Assembly: GCA_964106645.2 (NCBI GenBank)
Contig: OZ067043.1
Strand: one strand, 5' to 3'
Source of the DNA: Podarcis pityusensis
Lineage: Eukaryota
DNA: 64,000 nucleotides
Below the pieces are notes generated by a model. The model was not told the origin of the DNA, did not search any database, and saw nothing but the letters and a program-made list of their open reading frames with translations. How positions within the stretch are numbered: position 1 is the stretch's first letter; each line of letters begins with the position of its first letter. This document shows, in pieces, positions 1-11,779 of the stretch. A program made the position numbers and the translations under genes.

Positions 1-159
1 TTCTACATGATATGCAGCCTGCTGCACTGAACGCTTGAAAAGAAATTAGATTCTCAAGATCATCCCATTTGAATTGGTTTGCTAAAAATGTAAATTTGTT
101 GGGATGGCATTCTTGGTTACATTTATGCATACTCAAGATTTCTTTATAATTGTTTGCAG

Positions 160-272
160 TGAATTCTGTGGTGATATCGATAGCCTGGAACTTGGCGATA
201 TGGTTGAATACAGCTTATCAAAAGGCAAAGGAAACAAAGTCAGTGCAGAGAAAGTGAACAAGACACATGCAG
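160..272 (+). CDS. CSDE1: CSDE1/UNR internal coding exon (EFCGDIDSLELGDMVEYSLSKGKGNKVSAEKVNKTHA)
   Basis: Translation matches vertebrate CSDE1; tgcag acceptor, G|gtaaag donor. Confidence 0.95.
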
Positions 273-1550
273 GTAAAGCTGTTTTTAAATTTCTTTTAAA
301 GCCAAATATTGGTCCTCAAATGGTATGTACTTGGTGCTGACAATTTTGTGGATGCCTGCTTGTTGCATTTATCCCAGGTTTGAAAAACAGGAACTTAATT
401 CCAGCCTCGGACTGTTCCACTGTAATGGTTTATTATCCAAAACTAGAAGTGAGAATTAGATCTGTCTTGGTTTCCTGAGGGCAATTCTTGCTTAGAAACA
501 AGGCTAATTACAAACCTGTTCTATTAGTGTTTTGGATTAGATAAAACTAACACATATATGACATGAAAAGCAGGACAAAGGGGACAAATAAGTTGACAGC
601 AACTGCTGCAACTTCTACTGCTGCAACTGTGAAAGCAGTGAAAAGCTTGCATTTTAAAGCGTAGCCTTCTTGCTTGGGAACCCCACAAAGGATTTTGTCA
701 AGTGTGGAGTACAAATCAATCAATCATGATATCATAATGATGTGTGATTGGCAGATGGCTGGCTCCATGTACCTGTCATATTTGGTCTGTGAGGTTGATC
801 CTGATCAGGCTCTAGCCCATGAAACCCAAAAGGTTCCTCACCCTTGCTATAAAGTGTTGTTTGGCTCTGTATTCCTATATGGTATTTTGACTGAAGCGTG
901 GGAACCTTACTCTCTTCATATGAGTTGCAGATTCTGATATAAAATATTTCGGAACACTGTATTGGAAACTGAATAGCAAGGATACAGAACTAAAAAACTT
1001 TACCCTATAATTGCCACAAATTGGAGAATTGCACTACTCAATATTGGGAAACAGTGCAGTAGAAAAATTGACAGTGTAGCTACCCAGTGAGCTTATTTAA
1101 ACTTCTGTGCTAGAGATGTAGTGTTACATCTTAGAATGTATGTGGGGAGTTGCACATTGGAATGTGATTCCCTCAGGTTCCATATACAAGGAAAACGTGA
1201 AGTGCATAGCTAGGTGTACTTTGTGCCCTTCCCAGACATATGAAGAAAAGCCAATACTGACAGTATGTGGATGAATTACTGTTTTCAGAATTATCAGAGA
1301 CTTTCCCATGACATCTAGTGATGTACTACTGTGTTTCCAGATAGCAAATATTAGGAAAAAAATATTAAGGGCTAGCTTTCTACCTAGATTCCATTTCCCC
1401 CCCTGCATTTTGCAAACCTGCCGCTTTTAGATTTCCATACCTTTAGCCATGGTACGACAGGTTTTACTTGATACAGGGTGACTCTGCTAAGCTCCATAAA
1501 GTTCTTTGGGAAAGATGGCCACTTGTAATGCGGATGACCTTGTTTTATAG

Positions 1551-1670
1551 TGAATGGCATCACAGATGAGGCTGATCCAGCTGTTTACACGGGTAAAGTA
1601 ATTCGTCCTCTCAGGAGTGTAGATCCCACCCAGACTGAATACCAGGGAATGATTGAAGTCATGGAAGATG
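1551..1670 (+). CDS. CSDE1: CSDE1 coding exon (VNGITDEADPAVYTGKVIRPLRSVDPTQTEYQGMIEVMED)
   Basis: ttttatag acceptor, gtgagt donor, frame continuous with neighbouring exons. Confidence 0.95.
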
Positions 1671-1859
1671 GTGAGTAGTGTGCCTTTCCAGTATTGGTTG
1701 ATCTAATTCCATAGTTGGTTGGGTACCCTAATGAATCTTTCTAGGAAAGTTGGTTGAAGTGAGACTTGCATGTTACAATGTGATGTCTAAATGACATGGA
1801 AGCTGCTGCTTGAGAATTCTTAACCATGACACGTCTTTGTGTTATGCTTGCTTCTCCAG

Positions 1860-2038
1860 GAGAAATGAAAGGTGAAGTCTATCCTTTTGGAATTGTTGGT
1901 ATGGCAAACAAGGGGGACTGTCTGCAAAAAGGAGAAACCGTAAAGTTCCAGCTTTGTGTCCTTGGTCAGAATGGACAAACAATGGCTTGTAACATTACAC
2001 CTTTCCGCAGAGCCACCGTGGAATGTGTGAAAGATCAG
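1860..2038 (+). CDS. CSDE1: CSDE1 coding exon (GEMKGEVYPFGIVGMANKGDCLQKG...VECVKDQ)
   Basis: ORF 1826..2086 contains CSDE1 sequence; ctccag acceptor, gtgaga donor. Confidence 0.96.
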
Positions 2039-2592
2039 GTGAGAGGACTTCTTGAGATGCAAGCCATGTCTTTGCTGTTTGTGTGATTTTTCTGCATTAG
2101 GGCCTTCTCTGTTTAAATACTGGAAGGAAATTATTGAAATTTAACATAGCATTCTTGTTCTTTTGCACCCAGCTAGATTTTGAAGGCTCCAAGTTTGACC
2201 TTCAAGCAGTTTAATTAGCTGAATTTATAACTTTCATTTGGGTGTAAAAGACAAGATTACAGTTCTTGAATCTTGATAGAAGCCAGGAAGTATGAAAATA
2301 TTATTGATCATGGAGAGACCTGTTACAAATGTTTTCTCTTTTAGTATCTTACCGGGCGGGGCTAAAATGTTTTTCCAAAAATGAGGTCCGCATCCCCTTT
2401 TGTCAGGAAACATTTAAGATGATAGTAGAATCCATTTATTTCAGTGGGTCTACTTTGAGTATGACTATCATTGGATATCACCCTAAAAAGTCTAAATTAC
2501 GTGCTGTCTGTAAATAAATTTCAGTCCTACTTGTAAACCATTTGATTGCTCATGTTGTGCAATTGATAAGACAATTTCCATTCCTTTTTCAG

Positions 2593-2756
2593 TTTGGTTT
2601 CATAAACTATGAAGTGGGTGACAGCAAAAAGCTCTTTTTTCACGTGAAAGAAGTTCAGGATGGTGTGGAACTGCAGGCTGGTGACGAAGTAGAGTTTTCA
2701 GTCATCCTCAATCAACGCACAGGGAAATGCAGTGCCTGTAATGTGTGGCGTGTTAG
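2593..2756 (+). CDS. CSDE1: CSDE1 coding exon, last cold-shock domain ([21 protein letters not shown]...CNVWRV)
   Basis: CSD RNP1/RNP2-type motifs FGFI and LFFH; tttcag and gtaagc splice sites. Confidence 0.97.
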
Positions 2757-5165
2757 GTAAGCAAAAGATACTAATTTACCGTACTCCCTTGCAGGGGGAA
2801 AACCAAGCAATCCTGATCTGATTTCTTGATAGAAAATTGGCAGACATCCTTGAGCTGTCTCGAGTTGGAATCTTGAAAGTAGCTGCTGATGAACAAATTA
2901 TTGAAAATCCATTAAGCTTTGTGTATAGGGGCCTTTCAGTGGCCCTTATTTCCCTTCTTTGTACCACATGGGATGAGTTAATGTTGAGGGTGTTGGTTTA
3001 AAAGGAAAAATTGGGAAAGAAGAGGAGGAAATTGGCCTACTTTGCACCATATTGTTATACATACTCCATTCATTGATTCTCTTCATTTATAGCAGCCTTC
3101 CTCAACTCTGTGCACTCCAGATGTTTTGGACTGGATAGCTGTCATCAGCCTCTGCCAGCACAGCCATGTTGGCAAGAGCTGATAGTTAAGTAGTGCCACA
3201 TCAAAGATGTTTTTCATGAGCTGATTTCTTTAGCATTCAACATACATCTGTTTGGGTTTCCCCCTCTGTTCGTTAATAAACTTTTAATGTTCTATTTCTT
3301 CACCTGTTCCTTTCAGGAACTCATTTTACACATTTGTAAGCTTGAAATACTACTGTGCCACTCATTTCCAAAACCTTGACAAAAATAATCAGTACTCCAG
3401 ATACTGTGCAAGGACCATTTCCTAAATGTATTAATTCCTTGAGTAGTTACTCTTTATATACTTTGTTCTATCAGCTCTTTAACATCCTATTCTCCCATGT
3501 TTTTTGGATCTGCGAAACATAATGGGTTGCAATGTTTTGTGAACAAATGATCACTCATGCAACATGGCTTACCTGTCCTCTTTTTTGTATTTCAGCCTCC
3601 TTCATCCCCCCCCCCCCAAAAAGGTGCAGGGGATTGGGACTCTCAGGAGAGGTCTGGGGTGCAGCATATAGGGGCAGCAATGGGAAAACCAGAAATTGGG
3701 TGGGGCCATCTTGTGACAGCAAAGCTCCCTATATGCTGTAGTCATGGGGAGGGGTGGCAAAGCCAGGTTTTGTGAGCAGTCTTCTACAGGCAACTCCCAG
3801 TTTACATGCGGGTTATGTTCCAAGGCACTGTGTGTTTTAGGTTTATTCATGTGCATTTGAAACCTTTTTTAAAAATTCAAACACCCCATTCCACCCCTTT
3901 TTGTGACTTTTGGGGTCACTTCTGGGTTCAGCGCAATGTGTGCGTGCACAGTCAGTCATATGTCAGGCACGCCTAAAGTGGTCCCTGCCTGTACTTGCTT
4001 TTGGACACAAACCATTGTGTGCACAAAAATCACTATAGTTTCATTACTGTTTTCCTTCTCGGTTCTTTCTTACCCCATAATTCAGTTATCATTGGTGGGG
4101 GTTTTTTTTAACATTAAGGCTGAAGCACAGTTATACTTACCCTAAAGGTTGTAGTATTAGTATCAGTGGAACCACTTCAAAACATTTTGATCTTATTCAT
4201 TAGCTGCAGTATTTCTTTCATTGCGCCTTTCTTGGCACTTTCATGTCTCCAACTTATGTTGTGGATTTCTTGCACTTTTTTGTACTTTGTTTTTGTAATC
4301 CTGTTTTTCTTCATATTTTATTGCTTCCTGCATTCCCATTACTGTCAGCTTTATTTTGCATGTGTGCAGAAACAGAAGATAGGCACTTCAAATTCTCACA
4401 TATTTCCACTTTGTAATCATAGTTTATGAAAGGTTTTCACATGGTTCATGACTTCTGGGGGTTGGCTCAGCAGAAAGCTCACTTGCATTCCCAACAGCTT
4501 ATCTTCTCTTTCACTTTGTGTGTATTCTCACTCCCCTCCTTTGCCTCTTGGAATCCTCAGACTGCACATCCAGTCTGAGATTTTATCTAGATTTGGGAGA
4601 GATGTGGTTCTTTGGGTGGGAAAAACATTCTCAGGGATTCCCTTTACCTAATTTGAAGCCCCCTGCATTGGTCCACAACTTACTTAGTGATGGGACTGTT
4701 CAGTACTGGTGTCTAATGAGAAATGTGCAAATACAGATGAATAATAGTTGAGCATTGTCTACATGCCAGAGTTCTAAAGATACTGGCAGTCCAGAAGCAC
4801 ACTTATATCTATTAAAGCTGCAGTCTTAACTGAGTGAAACTTTCACGCATGCCATGATTACTACCATGAGCATAATATTACTGCAGATTAGGAATGCATC
4901 TACCTGTTAGGATGCATTTTGATAATGGAATTTTATCCAACATCAAAACTACATTTGTCATTGTAGGATGTCCATATATCTTGCACTGAATTCCCCTTCA
5001 AAATTAAACAGTTATTCCAGGGCAGTGTGGAAAAAGATACTAATAACCAGCATGAATGCTGTTATAGTAGAAAGTTGGCTTTTTCTCTCTTTAAAAAAAA
5101 CAACAAAACATTAAAATACACATCTACGTGTTTCCCCTAATGATTTAGTTTCTTTCTATTTACAG

Positions 5166-5298
5166 TGAAGGTGCTAAGGCCATAGCTGCTCCACGTCCTG
5201 ATAGACTTGTTAATCGCTTAAAGAGCATTACTTTGGATGATGCCAGCGCTCCTCGTCTAACTGTTCTTCGTCAGCCAAGGGGACCGGATAATTCAAAG
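5166..5298 (+). CDS. CSDE1: CSDE1 penultimate coding exon ([44 protein letters not shown]), SUZ-C motif
   Basis: Manual translation; ttacag acceptor, gtatgt donor. Confidence 0.95.
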
Positions 5299-5409
5299 GT
5301 ATGTTATAGGATATTTGCCTGATGTGTGGTCATAACATTGGGATTTCCGCTTCTGTGACATGCTGGATAAGAAGCCAAGCAACTTCCTTTTAATTGGTAG
5401 GAATTCTAG

Positions 5410-6420
5410 TAAATGTTAATCATCAGCAAAAGATGGAAGGACATAAAAATACTTTAGGAACTCAATTTTTCCCAAAGGCAGTTGAGACAGGATATTGGAT
5501 TTCTTAGGTTGCTGAGACTGTGAGTTGAACATGGAAGTACAAAGGACTTAAATGATAAACTGGAACACAGTGCAAGATTTTAGAGTGCCTCTTCTCTAGT
5601 GAGTGTAAATCCAAAATAAACGAAAGAGGGGGATAGAAAATGGTAGGAGTACATGAATGTGTGAGAAGATTGACTTACATACGAGAATGTAGGTAATGGG
5701 TCAGCCAAAAACCCTTTGAAAAAAGAGGGATTTGATGGGAGAGAAGAGGTACTAAATGTTTAAGTTATCTTAGAAGACAGAGAGACTGTCAGATTGCAGA
5801 GGATTCTATAAGAAAGTGCTGTCATTAGCAGGGATGTAACTGGCAGACCAAGGGCTAAAAAGACTTGGTAAAACTGAAGAGTTTTAATGGTAAAGATGTG
5901 GAGCCTCTGCTGATTTTGTTATTTTTTTTAAGGATGCCAGTAAAGAGATTTGGGGAATATTGTGTAGTCTTCAATGTTGGTGAGGGGACTAAGTGTTGTG
6001 TAAATTGCGGAAAAACTCCTCTCTGCGAAAGGTATCTAGTTGGAGAGGGCAAGGGCACCTCACAGAGCTTTAGGTTTTGTAGCAAAATATGATGTGTTAT
6101 TTCTAGCAAAAGCAGTCAGTGGAGTCAAGAATAGAACTGGAAGGAAGGAAGGCAAGATTGCACGAATAAACAATGCCCATGAGTTTGGAGCAAAGGGGGG
6201 AAAGGAGCAAGCAGCTGGCAATTAGACGTTGAGGTTGAGTCAATGGAGGTTTCTATTTTTAGAAAATAGGATGTTTAAACATGGTAGAGAGACAGGTTAA
6301 TAAGGAGTGATGGCACAAGAGGTGGAATAGCATCAAGGGGGCATGTGGCATGATTGGGTGTGGACAGATGGCAGTGGAGCAGAGCATGTTATGAAAATGA
6401 ATAAAGGATTTCCTGCTAAT
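5410..6420 (-). mobile_element. Highly degraded L2-like LINE ORF2 fragment in the last CSDE1 intron
   Basis: Reverse strand near 5420-5438 reads FHLFADD (RT YADD-like motif); purine-rich + strand composition. Confidence 0.4.
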
Positions 6421-6531
6421 ATGCTCAGTAGCAATATTGATTATATGTGACTGCTTGCAGCTCTCTTTACTTTCCTTATTCGTGATTTCAAGTTCCAATT
6501 TAAACTCATTCAGTTACTTCACTATTTACAG

Positions 6532-6579
6532 GGATTTGGTGCAGAAAGAAAGATTCGTCAAGCTGGTGTTATCGACTAA
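6532..6579 (+). CDS. CSDE1: CSDE1 terminal coding exon (GFGAERKIRQAGVID*)
   Basis: Matches the vertebrate C-terminus; TAA at 6577-6579. Confidence 0.96.
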   Translation, partial: GFGAERKIRQAGVID

Positions 6580-7835
6580 CTGGTCTCAAAGCAAATAACT
6601 ATGTTGGAGCAAGTGGTGGGGTCTGGTGAAGGGTACTGAATATCCCCATATTCATCCCTTCCAAATTCTAAAGAGCTATTACACCAGTTTTAACACCTTC
6701 CTCATGTTATGTTTAAAAATAAATTTATGAAACAGTTTTAAAATATGCACAGTTGCATCCTGGAGAACCTAAGGTGGCGCCTTATAGTATCACGTGTTAG
6801 AAGCTTTTTGAATGGTGCATTTAACGCAACTGGTAACTGCAAATCTACTTTGCCTCTTTAAGTAAACATTATAGACAGTTCTACTCTGGTAGACCTTATG
6901 AAATTCTGCACTGAAAGGATATACATATATCTATCTATATATATATTTCCTTAATTCACATCTTGCCAAGGTGTTAAAATGCCTTAGCTTTCAGTTGCTT
7001 TACTCTCTCTTAAGACAGGAGAGGTTAAGTTCCTGTTCATTCTGCTCTAGTTTTGAGGACCATATGAGGATGAATATACTAACTGTTTATATAGAATCCT
7101 GTATGAGCACTCAAACAAGTTCCTTAAGTTGATGGCCAAATGTTAAAATGTTTTGTATGTCTCATTTAAACTAAAGTCCATATAGCAAGCAACGTTATCT
7201 CCTAGATCACATTGAAAGTATCTTCCAGAGTAGACTTGATAGTTTTTGTAATTATCTTCAATTAGCATGCACAGTGCAGAATTTCATAAGGATGAGGTGT
7301 GCCATCAGTGTGATAACTTAAAGATATTTAAAACAATGCACAAATTTGCTGCTGCTTAGAACACTGCAGCTTCTAAACCCAGTTTATTTTACTGAATAAA
7401 AAATTTAAAAAGTTGTGCCTGAAGTGAATACATTTTTTTTTTTTGCAGCCAGCACCCAGTGTACTGTAAAAGAATACTTAGGCTTTCCATAGCTGTATTG
7501 AGACTTTCATCAAGGTGAAATAGTTGATGTCTGTGTGCTTTTTTTTTTCTCCCTCCAGGCCCCTTCTCTCCCCTCCCTCCCTTTCCTCAGCCACACTTTA
7601 TCAAGCGAGCAAACTAAATGATTGGTCTAAGTATTACTTTAACCAAAAAGATCAGGAGTTATTTTCTTTGAATAGAGGGCAGTACTGTGTTTTTTTCCCA
7701 TGTTACCTCTATTCTCAATTTAGGGTTTTTCTTCTCTGGGAGATGCATTATCTTTGTAAAACAAACATTGCTTTCTCCAATTTTTCTGTTAATGGCGAAG
7801 AATGGAAATAGAATAAAGTTTTACTGATTTTGAAA
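6580..7835 (+). other. CSDE1: CSDE1 3' UTR with three AATAAA signals (6718, 7395, 7812)
   Basis: AT-rich UTR; the distal end ttctgttaatggcgaagaatgg...gaataaagttttactgattt resembles the mammalian CSDE1 3' end as recalled. Confidence 0.8.
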
Positions 7836-8347
7836 AACTGCCTCAATCTTGTAACTCCTTCATTAAGACTATTCCTAGTCGCAAAATATGCTCCATGTGG
7901 TATAGATCAGAGTTGACTAACTTCTGTATTCTCAGGCCATTCTAGACACTTTGTCCAGCCTCTCTAAGGATGAGCTGGCTCAATGAAGTGTTGTAACCTA
8001 CTGGTAAGGGTTTCACTGGTACAGAGCACATGTCCTTGGATGGTATGAGGTCAGATTCTGAGCACAGGTTGGCAAGGAACAGTGGTTTTTTCCCCAGGCG
8101 GGGGGGGGGGGGTGTCCTCTTCCATACATCCCACAGTGAAATGGATGTCATACCAGTCACACTGAGTAGCTGGAGTTGAAATTGCCATGTCTAAGTAGAA
8201 TTAGAATAACTTCAAGGAAAGCTTTGGGTTTTTAAAAGATTGCACCTTTTTTTTTTTTTAGTATCAAGGATTTCAGTTCAAACATTTTGGACTATGAGAC
8301 AGAATCTTGAGAGTTATACAACATGTAAAATTAAAGATGTTCTTCAT

Positions 8348-8373
8348 ACACACACACACACACACACACACAC
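8348..8373. repeat. (CA)n microsatellite
   Basis: Seen directly. Confidence 0.95.
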
Positions 8374-9834
8374 TTCAAACATCTCAGATTTGTTGTCGTT
8401 AATTTAGGGCATGTATTCCGATTAAAATTTGCCAGGAAACCTTTCTCACTGGTATGCTGAAATCAAACTTTGATACAACTGTGTGTTTGCATTCCCCACC
8501 CCAATAATTTGCATTGCTAAACAGGCAAGCTGATCTTAAGCTTGTCATGCACTTGCATTAGAAACTTTACACACCACCTCAATGCAGTCATTTCTTGTGC
8601 ATGTGTCCTAGGGCTGTGCGTACTCCTGGTCCGCCAGTAGGCCCCACTAGATCTGGCCTGCAAATGGATTTGGGGACCAGCCCTCATGTATAATCAGGAT
8701 TTTAACCTCTATTAAATGTGCCCAGGAGTGGGAAGACAAGTAAATGCAGCATTTCCTTTCCCCTGCGCTCCTGACCACACTGTAGAGAGCAGGACTGAAC
8801 CTTTCCCTCAGCAGCAGGTGAGCAGAGAGTTAATTACTGCAGTGTGCTTCACCAACACCACCTCTGTAGGGAATGCAAAACAGATGCCTGCAGCCAGTAG
8901 GATTGCACTCTGTTCCTCAGTTGGTAAGGTTGTGCTAGGGACCGCAGGTTCAATTCAAAGTGCAATGTGGCAACAATTTGAAAGCCCTTCTGCAAATTGT
9001 GTCACGTGGCTCTTCAATCTTGCAGAAGCTGCTTGCCTTTCCCTTTCCTCTTCCCCTACCCACCTGACCTGACTTTCTGAGATCGCCCCAATTCACTATA
9101 GGTGGGCTGACTAGACCCATGGCAGTCTCAACCAAATAGTCAAAGCCCAGATCTGCCCAATTCAGTGTGTGATCTGGGTTTCAGTCAGATCTGGTGCACA
9201 ACATTAATATGTACATATCATCGTTGTGATATAAAGCAGGGGTGGACAGATTAGGTTTGTACACTTAGAACATACAGGGGGTGAGTCTACAGTACCTCTC
9301 CACAATGGTGTTTTAAAACATTTCTTCCCTGCAGTATATTAGGGTTGAGAGAGTTCAGTTCTTGTCAGCCAAAATTTGGGAGTAGCTTGAGAAGTCTGTT
9401 GCTGGGGAATAAATCCAACTTCAGATTTCTCTGTATTTGAACAAAAACACATTCTTTCCCAATAAAAGTAGTCTACTTCCAATTCCATTCACGTTTTCTT
9501 TCATTTAAGCAAAACATTGCAAATTATATAGAAAAAGGGTGCCTCTTTAAATGACTTGATATCAATTACACTTGCTAAACAATAGCAGGTACCAATATTC
9601 CACTGGGAACAATGCAATATGATGTCTATTAGATTAGATAAACCAAAATGTCACAAAGATACTAGCATGCCATCAACTTCAGAACTATCTCTAAATAAGC
9701 CAAAGGCATTGTCTGAAAGCTTACTTTATTGAGGGGGGGAGGTAAGCAGGAATACTCCTAGGAAAAGCATGATATATCTTCAAATAATGGTACCAAGTGA
9801 TTAGTTACTTCCATAGCTGATACATCCTCATCAT

Positions 9835-10314
9835 GGGTGGTATTCAACTAAATTTTACACCGAACAGATGTGCTAAAATTAATGTACCTAACTTAATCTC
9901 ATGTTTGTTAATTTCAATGGGACCCGGGTGGCGCTGTGGGTTAAACCACAGAGCCTAGGACTTGCTGATCAAAAGGTCGGCGGTTCGAATCCTCGTGGCA
10001 GGGTGAGCTCCCGTTGCTCGGTCCCTGCTCTTGCTCACCTAGCAGTTCGAAAGCACCCCTAAGTGCAAGCAGATAAATAGGGACCGCTTTATAGCGGGAA
10101 GGTAAACGGTGTTTCCGTGTGCGGCGCTGGTGCTGGCTCGCCAGATGCAGCTTCGTCACGCTGGCCACGTGACCCGGAAGTGTCTTCGGACAGCACCGGC
10201 TCCCAGCCTCTTGAGCGAGATGAGCGCGCAACCCTAGAGTCGGTCACGACTGGCCCTGACGGGCAGGGGTACCTTTACCTTTACTCTTGATTAAAACTAA
10301 ATTTTCTACTACCC
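9835..10314. mobile_element. Palindromic MITE (GGGTGGTATTCAACTAA family) interrupted by a Sauria SINE
   Basis: The SINE flanks join into a sequence like the intact copy at 63014-63132. Confidence 0.65.
9919..10284 (+). mobile_element. Sauria SINE, full length
   Basis: GGGACCCGGGTGGCGCTGTGG head, B-box GGTTCGAATCC, (ACCTTT)n tail. Confidence 0.93.
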
Positions 10315-11348
10315 ATAAATCCTTTCTACAATGAAATTATCAGACTGATAAATGAGTTCATAGACAGATTCTGACAATAGTTATTCTCAGTGTGTAGTGT
10401 ATTGTAGTGTATATATGCAGCTATTTGTTTATTTAAAGTATAAGTGCTTTGGTAAAAACTGATCACTCTCTAAAGTTGGTCAACATGTCTAGCATGTTGC
10501 CAACTAGATGTTTCCAGAAGGCACAAGAACAAGAAATCAATAACAGACTCCTGCTGTTGTGCATGTGTGTACACAATGCAGCGGCTATTACTTTCTCTGA
10601 ACGGTTTTGAATTGATGTTTTATTTATTTAATAAAATTTATACACTGCTTGATTGTAAAAAAACAACCCTCAAAGTAGTTTACATAGGATCTTGTTAATT
10701 ATATTGTAAGAAAGTAACTTTATTTTGGCTATCCTGAATCTAATGAATTTCAGCTTCATTATGTAACTGATTTCAAGTGTTTGTGGATAAAGGTTCTCTT
10801 TATTCACTATCTCTATACATGATTTTGTAAAACACTTGCTTATGTTAGGCATATATACTATTTTTGCTATAATGGTGATCACTGGGTGCCCACTGTGATT
10901 TTACAAGTGTCATGAAGTACCTATTGGCCATTATAGGGTGGGTGTTGGGTGTAAAATATGTGTTTTCAGTATATTATCTCCCCCTCTCCTATCTTAAAAG
11001 GCTTGACTAGAAGCCAAGTCTAGCTGGATTCAGAGGTGATGGGAAAAGAACTGTTTCACTGGTCCGTTCACATTGTGAGGAAAGGGAAGAAGAGCGAGGG
11101 TGGGACACCATGCAAAGAACACATTTTCACAAAAGCACACTATCTTCTTGAGAAGGGATTTTGAAAAGTTCAATTTGTTTCATTTACACTCCAGTGAGAC
11201 CTGTGCTCTGTAAGTGATAACATGTGCAAGGTCCTGCATTCAATCCCCTGCCATGACCACTTTAAAAGGGCAGCATGAGATCATTGTGAGAATATGTAGC
11301 AGTGGCTACAATGGACACACAAGTGTGCCTGATGGGCAGGGATGATGA

Positions 11349-11515
11349 AGTTGACCTCCATCTGCCTTGAGAATGGAGTGCGCCTCGGGTAAAGTACAAT
11401 CGCTGCAAAGTGACCTCCCCAGGGCGCAAGCTTGGGCATTGTGCATGGAGGTCTTGGGCTGCCCAGACGGAAAGGCCTCCCTCCCAGTTTTGCGGATGTA
11501 GCCCAAAGGATGATG

Positions 11516-11561
<46 letters not shown>

Positions 11562-11711
11562 CCCGCCCATCTGGCTAGGTTTCCCTAGGAAAGCAGAGCA
11601 ATATGTTTGGCACCAGCTTGGCTGTAGGAGCTGCATATAAGCTGGTGCAGGAGGAGGAGGCGTACAAGGCGCCATCCAACCATCTTAGGGACCCCACTCC
11701 GGATCCGTGTA
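11349..11711 (-). mobile_element. Short RTE-like/SINE-like lizard repeat abutting the NRAS promoter, with a nested (AAT)n plus LINE-tail insertion at 11511-11587
   Basis: Recognised from memory as a lizard interspersed repeat (family unverified); the insert splits ccaaagga|aagcag and duplicates agga. Confidence 0.5.
11515..11560. repeat. (AAT)n microsatellite
   Basis: Seen directly. Confidence 0.95.
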
Positions 11712-11779
11712 CTCCCAACAACAAACGAAGGGCTACAGTTCAGCGGCACTTGGCTCCATAAAGCCACTGCTGTGGTCCT

